64,000 nt of DNA from an uncultured Acidobacteriaceae bacterium (GTDB taxonomy: Bacteria > Acidobacteriota > Terriglobia > Terriglobales > Acidobacteriaceae). The stretch lies in the NCBI GenBank assembly GCA_963771965.1, contig CAVYVM010000003.1, forward strand, positions 43,381 to 107,380. Direction: 5' to 3'. Below are positions 47,303 through 56,025 of this stretch, in pieces (positions within the stretch are counted from its first letter, which is position 1; each line of letters opens with the position of its first letter). The notes beneath the pieces are model-generated. The model had not been told where the DNA came from and did no database searches. It saw only the letters and a program-made list of their open reading frames with translations. The translations under genes were made by a program, and so were the position numbers.

Positions 47303-48025
47303 ATGAAACCGACCGGGCTACAAAAACGTTCTTCTAAGCGTGGGCGGTCGGACAGCGGCACGCAGTGGAGCTATAGGCATGACTTGGTTTTCTTTGGGGA
47401 ACTGCTGCACAAAAGACATTATATTTCCGGCGTCGACGGGAACCTATCCGTCCGCTTGGATTCCACGCGCGTGTTGACGACGCCGACTGGAATGAGTAAA
47501 GGATTCATGAAGCCGGCGGATATGGTGGTTGTAGATCTTGATGGCGAGAGAGTCAGCGGCACACATAAACCCTCGAGCGAACTTGAAATGCATCTCACCA
47601 TTTACAAGCTTCGGCCGGATGTCGGGGCGGTAATCCACGCTCATCCCTGTACCGCAACCGGCTTTGCATCCTCAGGACTTGGCCTGACCGAGGCTGTTTG
47701 TTCGGAACTCGTATTAACCTTGGGTGGAGTACCTCTGGCAGAGTATGCGCTTCCCGGCAGCGCAGAGCTTAGTGAGTCTTTGCGGCCATTTATACGGAGC
47801 CACGACGCGATTCTCATGGAAAACCATGGAGTCGTCGCCTACGGAGCGACATTAATGCAGGCATATCTCAACATGGAGTCCGTCGAGCACAGCGCGATGA
47901 TAATGCTTGTTACCAAGATTATAGGCCGGGCGAATACTCTCAGCGAAAAAGAGGTAGGCCGCCTGCTCGCACGCAGATCGAAAGACAGGTCTCTGGTTCA
48001 ACCTTCAGTAGCGGAGATGATGTAA
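47303..48025 (+). CDS. class II aldolase/adducin-domain protein
   Basis: ISGVDGNLSVRL, SSELEMHLTIY, AVIHAHP, MENHGVV motifs of the FucA/MtnB/AraD family. Confidence 0.8.
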   Translation: MKPTGLQKRSSKRGRSDSGTQWSYRHDLVFFGELLHKRHYISGVDGNLSVRLDSTRVLTTPTGMSKGFMKPADMVVVDLDGERVSGTHKPSSELEMHLTIYKLRPDVGAVIHAHPCTATGFASSGLGLTEAVCSELVLTLGGVPLAEYALPGSAELSESLRPFIRSHDAILMENHGVVAYGATLMQAYLNMESVEHSAMIMLVTKIIGRANTLSEKEVGRLLARRSKDRSLVQPSVAEMM

Positions 48026-48099
48026 GTCTTCGCGATGCCAACTTGTCAGAATCACAGTAAGGCTCTCGCCTCCCCGAGCCGGCAAATCGTATATATTTA

Positions 48100-49425
48100 T
48101 TGTTACTAAATAACTCGAGAGACCTTGCGATGGAACAAGCTGCTCCAGCCTTAGTGCAATCGCCAACGGAAAAATCCGACACCTACATTGTGATCGTTGA
48201 ACCCTTCACGTCTCTTTTTCGCTACGTACAAATTGCCCATCGGCGCTTTCGAACATTGGTAATCAGTGCCAATCCACAGGACTGCCTGGCGCGCGAGAAG
48301 GCATACAATTCTTCTATCGGCCAGCCGGAGGTCACCCACATTGATCGGTTCATACAGTGCGATACGTCTGACGTTTCGGTTATGCGCCAAGCGCTGGAGC
48401 CTATGAGGACAGAACTTGCTGGCGTTTTAGGAGCGCAAGAAACATTTTTGGCTGTGAGCTTGGAGTTGGGCTGGAGCCTGGGATTTGACTATGCCAAGCC
48501 GGAAGATGCGATTACCCATCGTTTAAAGAGCGCCATGCGGCGCCGGTATCAAGAACGCGGGGTACCGTCGCCACGGTTTTTCGTCGCAACTACGTTGGAA
48601 CAAGCCAAGCAGTCGTGGGAGGACCTAGGACGCGATTGCATGGTCAAAATGGTGGACGCTGACTCCAGCATGAACATTTTTCGGGCAACTACTTTAGACG
48701 AACTCGAATCCGCCTGGGACATCATCATAAACAACCGCAGAAATATAAAGAGCCTGATACCACTTTCCAAAGAGGTAGTGCTCGAAGAATTTGTTACCGG
48801 CCGCGAGCTTACGGTGGAAGGCTATACCCAGGGTGACCGCGTCGTCTGCCTGAATTTCTCGGAAAAAATTACCGAGAGTTCGTTCGTTGTGGTCGGTCAT
48901 CTGATTCCCGCTATGGTGTCCGCAAAAGAAGAGCAAATCTTGAGCAAATTGGCCGATCAAGTTGTCCGCGCCGAAGGAATGCGCAACAGCGTATTTCATA
49001 TGGAGGTACATCTACAGGGCGATAAGCCATATGTAATTGAGTGCACTTCGCGGCCTCCGGGCCAGCATGCTGCGGAAGTGATCTATCGTTCGCATGGCTG
49101 CGACCTCATGGACATCGGCGTTTCGCTCGCAGTCGGAGAGCCGGTCTTTGACGAACTCAGTCCACCGAAGAAACATTTTGCCATGTTGGCACTATATTCT
49201 CTGCGCGAAGGCATCTTCGAAAAGCTCGAAGGAGAGGAAGAGTTGAAGCGCCGCGGAGGTCTGTTTCACTTGCATCTCGACGTAAAGCCCGGAGATCGAA
49301 TCGAGCCGTTGTCGACCTTTCGCCAGAGATATGGATTCGTCATTCTTGAAGACGATACGGCGGAGGGAGTGCGCGAAAAAGCCCGTTGGGCGCGAACTCA
49401 CCTGCACCTGGCGCTGAAGAATTGA
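48100..49425 (+). CDS. ATP-grasp domain ligase (L-amino-acid-ligase-like), copy 2
   Basis: Colinear with 28544..29821 over the full length (LGFDYAK.EDA, CMVKMV, AWDIIINNRR, YVIECTSRPPG, GVREKA.W). The likely start is the ATG at 48130. Confidence 0.75.
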   Translation: MLLNNSRDLAMEQAAPALVQSPTEKSDTYIVIVEPFTSLFRYVQIAHRRFRTLVISANPQDCLAREKAYNSSIGQPEVTHIDRFIQCDTSDVSVMRQALEPMRTELAGVLGAQETFLAVSLELGWSLGFDYAKPEDAITHRLKSAMRRRYQERGVPSPRFFVATTLEQAKQSWEDLGRDCMVKMVDADSSMNIFRATTLDELESAWDIIINNRRNIKSLIPLSKEVVLEEFVTGRELTVEGYTQGDRVVCLNFSEKITESSFVVVGHLIPAMVSAKEEQILSKLADQVVRAEGMRNSVFHMEVHLQGDKPYVIECTSRPPGQHAAEVIYRSHGCDLMDIGVSLAVGEPVFDELSPPKKHFAMLALYSLREGIFEKLEGEEELKRRGGLFHLHLDVKPGDRIEPLSTFRQRYGFVILEDDTAEGVREKARWARTHLHLALKN

Positions 49426-49470
49426 AGTCTGTGTGGGAGAGAAAAAGCGCGCAAGTCAGCAAGAGTCCAA

Positions 49471-49560
49471 TGGTGCCGGGAGGGGGAATCGAACCCCCAC
49501 AGTCCTTTTCGGACCTGCGGATTTTAAGTCCGCTGCGTCTGCCAATTTCGCCATCCCGGC
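49471..49560 (-). tRNA. tRNA-Leu (anticodon TAA), CCA encoded
   Basis: The reverse complement reads GCCGGGA...CTTAAAA anticodon loop...long variable arm...GGTTCGATTCC T-loop...TCCCGGCACCA. Confidence 0.9.
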
Positions 49561-49788
49561 CCGCGAATTATTTTAGCTCACACCGTGCCATTGGTTCTGA
49601 AACTGGCAACGAATCTCGCTTGGATCGCCGGGCAATGAATTACTTAACCGCGCGTGCAGAAAAATCCGCTAGTGGAAAGCACAGGAAGGCCGGCTGATGG
49701 AGATGCAGGAAGAAGAACCACAAAGCAAGACAAATAAGAAGCGATGAAGGAGGTAAGGGAGAAAATACGTCTGCTGCGCTACCCTAAA

Positions 49789-50925
49789 TTAGGCGGAAAC
49801 CGCGGCAGCCGCGCCGCCACGTTGCTTGCGTAACTCCGCGAGAAAGTTATCGGCTGGTAGCGTTCCTTTATTGCGGAACAAATTAAGCAATGGATCTTCC
49901 ACTGCACCCGCATCGGCGGCAACGGCTAGATCACGCTGCGGCGACTCCGTTTCCAAACCCTCCGGTTCCACCAGCAATTCGGGCAGAACGTCACGATTCT
50001 CAGTGAGTGTTCCGAGGAATTTTTCCAGCACTGCTCGATGTTCCGGGGTACTCTGGGTGAATTGCACGCCCATCCCTTTATCCGGATGCATCACTCGAAC
50101 CACACCTGCGGCCCGAAGGTCCACACCTGCGGCGCGCATCGACAACGTGACCCTGGTCGCCGCTGGAAAGGGCGAAGCAATCTCGAGGTAACAGCCGCCC
50201 ATGCTCAAATCTGTGAGTCGGCAGGCAACCGGCGGATCGTCCTTTTCAGCGTCAGGAGAATTCCGGCCCAGCCAATCTCGCAGCTCCCGCGCAACCTCCG
50301 GCGTCGGATCCTGGAAGCGCAAACCCACCTGCGTTCCTGTGCCCTCCCAGGCGAACTCCGCAAGAACTTTCAGCGGGGCCGCAGAACTTGGCAGCGTGAA
50401 CGACAACTCCCAGCGGCCAGCAGGTTTGCTACGACGCGGCAGGCTAACTGCAAGACCGCCTTCACCTACGTCCGTGGTATTCACCCTAAAATGAGCGCCG
50501 GATTCGAGGCTCGACATCTCCACCGGGAACTGCACCGGTATTCGTGTATTGTGACGGCGCTCCTTCTTCATCAGAGCCCGTGCCACGCGAAAACTTGATT
50601 TAGCCTTCTCGCTCGATACCGGCTTATAGAGAACGAAGTGCGCCCCAAGATCAAAGGCCGAACGAACCCCTTTCTGTGGGTCCAGAATTGCCACCGCAAC
50701 CGCCCGCTTATTGCACGGGGCCGACCGCGCATTGCGCAACACCTCCGCCGCTCCAGGCCCGGCGCAATCTACAATGATGGCCTCAAATCGCTCCCGCGTC
50801 AGCTGGCGCACGGCGATCTCCGCCGTGGCGCAGTGTTCAATCCCGATGTCAAGATCTCCCAGAGTGCGTCGCAGCACCCGTACGATCTTTTCATCCGAAC
50901 AGAGCAGCAGTGATTTCAGGTTCAT
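49789..50925 (-). CDS. response-regulator receiver plus two PilZ-like domains
   Basis: Receiver (LLLCSDEK..., AIIVD). First PilZ has RRHNTR...DVGEGG. The second has DLSMGG. Start at the internal ATG (MNLKSLL). Confidence 0.7.
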   Translation of the reverse strand: MNLKSLLLCSDEKIVRVLRRTLGDLDIGIEHCATAEIAVRQLTRERFEAIIVDCAGPGAAEVLRNARSAPCNKRAVAVAILDPQKGVRSAFDLGAHFVLYKPVSSEKAKSSFRVARALMKKERRHNTRIPVQFPVEMSSLESGAHFRVNTTDVGEGGLAVSLPRRSKPAGRWELSFTLPSSAAPLKVLAEFAWEGTGTQVGLRFQDPTPEVARELRDWLGRNSPDAEKDDPPVACRLTDLSMGGCYLEIASPFPAATRVTLSMRAAGVDLRAAGVVRVMHPDKGMGVQFTQSTPEHRAVLEKFLGTLTENRDVLPELLVEPEGLETESPQRDLAVAADAGAVEDPLLNLFRNKGTLPADNFLAELRKQRGGAAAAVSA

Positions 50926-51243
50926 GGCAAGGTCCCAAATGCATTGGCATAGCCGTGCAAGCACCCAGGGCCTTCCGCAAGGAATCGTCTCTTCCGGAAA
51001 GCATAGGTCCAACCTCCACTCTAAGCCGGGGAAAGAGGTCTTATCAATAAAGCTGCGCAGTATGGGATTACGCTGGTAACGCGGCTATCCTTGTAATGTC
51101 CTGTTTCGATGAGCTTCATTCCAGCCAAGAGAGCGGATTGACTATCACGACTCTTAAGATTGGGAGGATGGCTTCGTCGATAAGTAACTTATAATCCAGT
51201 GACTTAAGGGTTTTCCCTTCAAGTGAAACGGGGGATTTTTTGA

Positions 51244-51272
51244 TTGACTTTTGCGGAAAATCGTCCTATGCT
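51244..51272 (+). promoter_or_regulatory. sigma70-like promoter (TTGACT-17 nt-TATGCT)
   Basis: Near-consensus hexamers with a 17-nt spacer, ~160 nt upstream of the small ORF at 51433. Confidence 0.4.
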
Positions 51273-51432
51273 ATCCAGTCTCCGATTAGCTTTTGGTCCC
51301 TGAGGATGCCCATTGATATTTCGATGGAGTTATCGTTTCCATGCATCCTTAGAGCACCCGGAGAATCATATAGATAGATAGAGCGGTAGAGCATTAAGTA
51401 CATCCCCCCATTTGTAGGAAAGGGCATTTTTC

Positions 51433-51660
51433 ATGGCGAAGCGACGCGGCAATCCGAACTGGGGCAAACCGGAGCCGATCGGTCCGATTGTCCCCACCAT
51501 CACGGAATTCGAACAGGTCGTGCGCGAATACAAGCTCTCCCCCGACCAGTATCTTCGTTCAACCCGTCTGCGCGAGTGGGCGCGCCGCAATAAGAACTCT
51601 AAATATATCCCGGAGCCTCTCTTGGAGGCGTGGGGATTTGAAATCGAGTCCACGCTGTAA
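51433..51660 (+). CDS. small conserved-looking hypothetical protein (75 aa)
   Basis: ATG preceded by GGAAAGGG. Balanced, non-repetitive composition. No family recognised. Confidence 0.45.
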   Translation: MAKRRGNPNWGKPEPIGPIVPTITEFEQVVREYKLSPDQYLRSTRLREWARRNKNSKYIPEPLLEAWGFEIESTL

Positions 51661-51802
51661 ACGCAAGCGTGTTAAGGACTTTCAAGGGTCGCTGAGAAGC
51701 GGCTCTTTGTCTTTTGAAGGCTATGTGTTTGAATCGCGATGTTGGTGGGTTTCTCGGTCGAAGGTGAAGCACCGGAGACCGGCAACCTGAGACCTACGCC
51801 TA

Positions 51803-52423
51803 ATGCTGAACTGGTTGCAAATCCCTCTTCCTGAGTTGTTTGCGTTGTTGGCAGCAATCGCCTTTGCTGCTGGCCTGAATGTCTATGCCACCGTAGCCGC
51901 GCTCGGTCTGCTCGCCCGTTTCGGACACGTGCCCCTCCCGCCGGCCCTTCAAATCCTGGAAACTTGGCCCATCATCGCTGCCAGCGGAACTCTCTTCGTG
52001 GTCGAGTTCTTCGCCGACAAAATCCCCGCCTTCGATCTAATCTGGAGCGCCCTTCACACCTTTGTGCGGGTACCTGCGGCCGCGTTGCTGGCCTACGGCG
52101 CGACCCGGCAACTGCCCCCTGTCGAGCAGCTCCTCGCAGCCCTGCTCGGAGCAGCCGTTGCCCTCGCTGCTCATGGAGGCAAGACCGCAGCCCGGGCCGC
52201 CGTGACTCCTTCGCCGGAACCGTTCTCGAACATCACTCTGAGTTTGGTGGAAGACGCGCTTGCCGTCGCCCTGACTTGGCTGGCCACACGGCATCCTTAT
52301 GTCGCAGCCACGATTGCGCTTTGCCTGGTAGCGGTTATCGTGATGTTGACCCGCTTCGTAATTCGAGCGCTGAGAGCGCTATTTCGCGGCGCTGAGATCG
52401 AACTGTCTGGGAAGCCAACTTAG
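51803..52423 (+). CDS. DUF4126 family membrane protein
   Basis: GLNVYATVAALGL...EFFADKIP motif typical of DUF4126. Confidence 0.7.
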   Translation: MLNWLQIPLPELFALLAAIAFAAGLNVYATVAALGLLARFGHVPLPPALQILETWPIIAASGTLFVVEFFADKIPAFDLIWSALHTFVRVPAAALLAYGATRQLPPVEQLLAALLGAAVALAAHGGKTAARAAVTPSPEPFSNITLSLVEDALAVALTWLATRHPYVAATIALCLVAVIVMLTRFVIRALRALFRGAEIELSGKPT

Positions 52424-53122
52424 GCAGGCTGGATAGGAATGCGCTTCCAGCAAACTGCTGGGCGCCCTCTGGCTTCAGACTGACCTGATTAGCGGTTCAA
52501 CCCGATCTACGGGCCGCTCGGTGCGATTTTTCTTAGTACCCGGTTACTTTGCCGCGCGGTAACTATTACGTCCGTGCCAGTCGACATGCGCCAACGAGCC
52601 ATTCACGCAACATCGCCGCTTCGCTACGATTGAGTTGCCCGAGTGCATGATCGTGCATGTGTCGCTTCCATTCAGATTGTCGAACGGGTTGCCTTCGTAG
52701 CGCTGCAAGACGCTTCTACGGACGCGTCAGGATTTAAAAGGAGTTGCATCTTGGCATTCACCGAACACAATCACGTGGTAACCGGACAGCACGATAATTT
52801 TCACATCCTCCAGCCGCAGCCGCGCCCTCATCAACCCACCTGTCAAGTACACGTACCCGAAGGTGGCTCGGGATGGGCATTTGTTTTGGCTGCGTTCGCC
52901 ATAATCGGATTGGCAGTAATCAAACGCTACAGCGAAAAGATCTCCTTCCAGCACACCGCGTAAACTTTCACGTCTGCCATTTCTCGCCACGCCGCGAGAA
53001 GTGGCGGCTCGTGTGGAGCGGACACTCCTGTCCGCTGCCTTTGACCTTAGCTTTTGCTTTGGATCTTTCCATCGCCCCGAATTCGAAGGAGCTTCTGCTG
53101 CCACAAGCAGCACCGTGGAAGA

Positions 53123-53176
53123 GCGGCGCTTCAGCGCCGCGTAAAGCCTTGGGTGGCGCAGCGCTTCAGCGCTGCG
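53123..53176. repeat. pair of GCGC-TTCA-GCGC hairpins (intergenic repeat)
   Basis: GCGGCGC TTCA GCGCCGC at 53123-53140 and CGCAGCGC TTCA GCGCTGCG at 53157-53176. Confidence 0.6.
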
Positions 53177-53356
53177 ATAACTGGCCTACTTTGAACTTCG
53201 GCTTTAGCCGCTGAGGGACGTCGCCCCGCACGATCACCGCCTCCACCCTCCGCCAAGTCTCGCCTATAACCCCTGCTCAATCCCAACCTTCGCTGCTATA
53301 CTCGCCCTTTCCCCACGGGCCCAACCATCTTCGTCGAGAGGGAGCAGCACCCGCCC

Positions 53357-55740
53357 ATGGATCAAGTTCGAGTACTGCGCATCGTCGTCGCCTCGCCCGG
53401 CAACGTCAAACCCGAGCGCGACATCGTTCCCAAAGTAGTCGAGGAAGTAAACCGCAACATCGCTCGCGAGCGCGGACTGCACCTCGAAGTGCGCCTTTGG
53501 GAGACCGACAGTTTTCCTGGATTCCATCCCGACGGGCCTCAGGGCCTGATCGACAGTCTCCTGAAAATCCAAGAGTGTGACATTCTGATCGCGATTTTCT
53601 GGAAGCGTTTTGGCACACCAGTCAAAGGCGCTAGGTCCGGCACCGAACACGAGTTCCTCGCCGCTTACGAGGCTTGGCAGAAAAACCGAAAGCCTCAAAT
53701 CATGGTCTATTTCTCTCAGAAGGATTCCAAGCCCAGGTCAAAACAGGAGGCAGATCAATGGGGACTCGTGCTGCAATTCAAGGAAGAGTTCCCGCCCGAG
53801 GGCCTGTGGTCCGACTATGAAGATGAAGCCGACTTCGAGCGGCAAGTTCGCAATCACCTTTCTGTCTTTCTGACCTCGAAGTTTCCTGCTCAGGGTCCGG
53901 AGGCGAAGCAGCCCGAACCACACGATCCAGCTAAGGTTGTAGCGCCTTCACTCACCCCGCTCCACCAGCTCCCACCCCCGCCCGCCGACTTCACCGGACG
54001 CACCGCCGAACTCGCCGAACTCCGCGCCGCCATCGAAAAAGGCGGCGTCCACATCTCCGGACTCCAGGGTCAGGGCGGAGTCGGCAAGACCGCCCTCGCC
54101 CTAAAACTCGCCACCGAACTTGTACCCAACTACCCCGATGCCCAAATCTACCTCGACCTCAAAGGCGTCAGCGAAAAACCCCTCACCGCCGCCGAAGCCA
54201 TGTCCCACGTCCTCCGCACTTCCATCCCGAAGCCACCCTCCCCGAAAAAGATGACGACCTCCGCGCACTGTACCTGTCCGTCCTCCACGGCAAGCGCGCC
54301 CTGCTGCTAATGGACAATGCCAGGGACGGAGGCCAGATACGGCCGCTCATTCCGCCGCCAAAGTGCGTCCTTCTAGTCACATCTCGTTATCACTTCGTGG
54401 TAGAAGGACTCCATGCTCGAAACCTCGACACTCTTCCGCCAGAAGACGCGGCAACCCTCCTGCTTCGGATCGCTCCTCGCATTGACGGCGAGGCCCAGAC
54501 CATCGCAAAGCTGTGCGGCTACCTAGCTCTTGCCTTGCGTCTCGCGGCGACGGCCATCGCCGAGCGCATCGACCTCGCTCCCTCAGACTACCGGCAGAAG
54601 CTTGCGGACGAGAAGAGCCGCCTGAAGCTGCTAGGCGGCGATAAGGGCGTGGAAGCTTCCACCACCCTGAGCTACGACCTGCTCGACACCGAAACCCAAA
54701 AGCGCTGGCGCATGTTGGCCGTCTTTCCCGACACATTCGACCCCCTCGCCGCGGCGGTCGTCTGGGAGACCGGACCCGATGCCTCTCAGGAAACGCTCAG
54801 CCGACTCCTGCAATACTCCATTCTCGAATGGAACGATGCCACCAAACGCTACCGCCTGCACGACCTCATGCGCGATTTCGCTCGCGAAAAGCTGAGCGAA
54901 GAGGAGCACGAAGCTGCCGCCTTGCGCCATGCCCGGCACTATCTCGAAGTGATTTGCCGCGCTGGCGATCTTTATAAGCAAGGCGGGGAATCGATCATGC
55001 GTGGGCTGGCCCTGTTTGACCTGGAGTGGGGCAATATTCAGGTGGGACAGTCCTCGGCTGCTGCGTACGCGGAATCGAACCGCGGGGCCGCCGCGCTGTG
55101 CAGTGAGTACCCCGCCTACGGCAACGACATTTTTCATATGCGGCAACGTCCTCGGGAGATCATCCGGTGGCGCGAATCGGCGCTGGCCGCAGCGCGCGAA
55201 CTGAAGGATCGAGAATGCGAGGGCGTCCATCTAGGAAACCTTGGCGTCGCATACGAGTCTCTGGGCGAGTACAGCCGCGCCATCGAATACCACGAGAAGC
55301 ATCTGGCCATCACCCGCGAAAGAGGCAACCGGAAAGGCGAAGGACAAGCGCTAGGCAACCTAGGCAACGCGTACAACTTGCTGGGCGAGTACAGCCGCGC
55401 CATCGAATACCATGAGCAAGCAGTGGTCATCGACCGCGAAATCGGCGATCGACGGGGCGAGGGGCAAGACTTGGGCAACCTAGGCAACGCGTACAACTTG
55501 CTGGGCGAGCACCGCCGTGCCATCGAATGCCACGAGCACGCCCTAGCCCTCACCCGCGAGATCGGCGACCGGCAAGGCGAGGGCGTCGCGCTTGGCAACA
55601 TGGGCCTAGTACTAGACCAAGTCGGCAACCGTAAGAAGGCCATCGAACACGCCGAGGTCGCGCTCAAGATCTTCGAGGAAATCGAATCCCCCAACGCCGC
55701 GAAGGTCAGAAAGAAGCTCGATATCTGGCGAAACAGCTGA
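53357..55740 (+). pseudogene. DUF4062-like / NB-ARC (STAND) / TPR protein interrupted by a -1 frameshift near 54215-54222
   Basis: ORF 53357..54310 carries a DUF4062-like domain and the P-loop GQGGVGKTALA. The frame of ORF 54310..55740 is open upstream and reads FHPEATLPEKDDDLRALYLSVLHGKRALLLMDNA, which continues the NB-ARC domain. TPR repeats follow. Confidence 0.7.
55201..55620 (+). repeat. tandem 120-bp coding repeats (TPR units)
   Basis: CTGGGCGAGTACAGCCGCGCCATCGAATACCA recurs at 55261 and 55381, with a diverged copy at 55501. Confidence 0.8.
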
Positions 55741-55818
55741 CCACTCCCCACGATTATCGTTCCGACCCTCGGTACAGGTGGCCCAGCTCTCTATCTTTAA
55801 CTTCGCTCCCTAAACCTG

Positions 55819-55959
55819 CTGTCATCCTGAGGCGGCGGAGTCCTCGGCTTCGCCGAGGACTCCCAACGAAGGACCTATGCAACTCGCATGCGGCGCTGAT
55901 GCTGCTGGCAAATACATAGGTCCTTCAGCCCGCAAAGAACGCGGGCTTCAGGATGACAG
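55819..55959. repeat. nested multi-hairpin palindromic intergenic element
   Basis: Outer arms CTGTCATCCTGA / TCAGGATGACAG. Inner perfect hairpins GGAGTCCTCGGC-ttc-GCCGAGGACTCC, GAAGGACCTATG...CATAGGTCCTTC and AGCCCGC...GCGGGCT. Confidence 0.8.
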
Positions 55960-56025
55960 GGCGTGTTTGAGACGCGGGTGCTGGAAGCTTATTAAACTAG
56001 TGGTACTTGCTACAATGATTCCATC

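Noticed and set aside
52500-53113. Minus-strand ORF 52727-53113, plus an adjacent open frame downstream (ending near 52560) that could be two pieces of a frameshifted gene.
   Set aside because: The N-terminal third is Arg/Ser-rich low complexity overlapping a repeat region. I could not assign either piece to any family, so it is not annotated. A translated database search of 52500-53000 would settle it.
55741-56025. An FMN riboswitch expected upstream of ribBA.
   Set aside because: I did not recognise the conserved FMN-element core. The spacer is instead occupied by the nested palindrome. An Rfam RF00050 scan would confirm.
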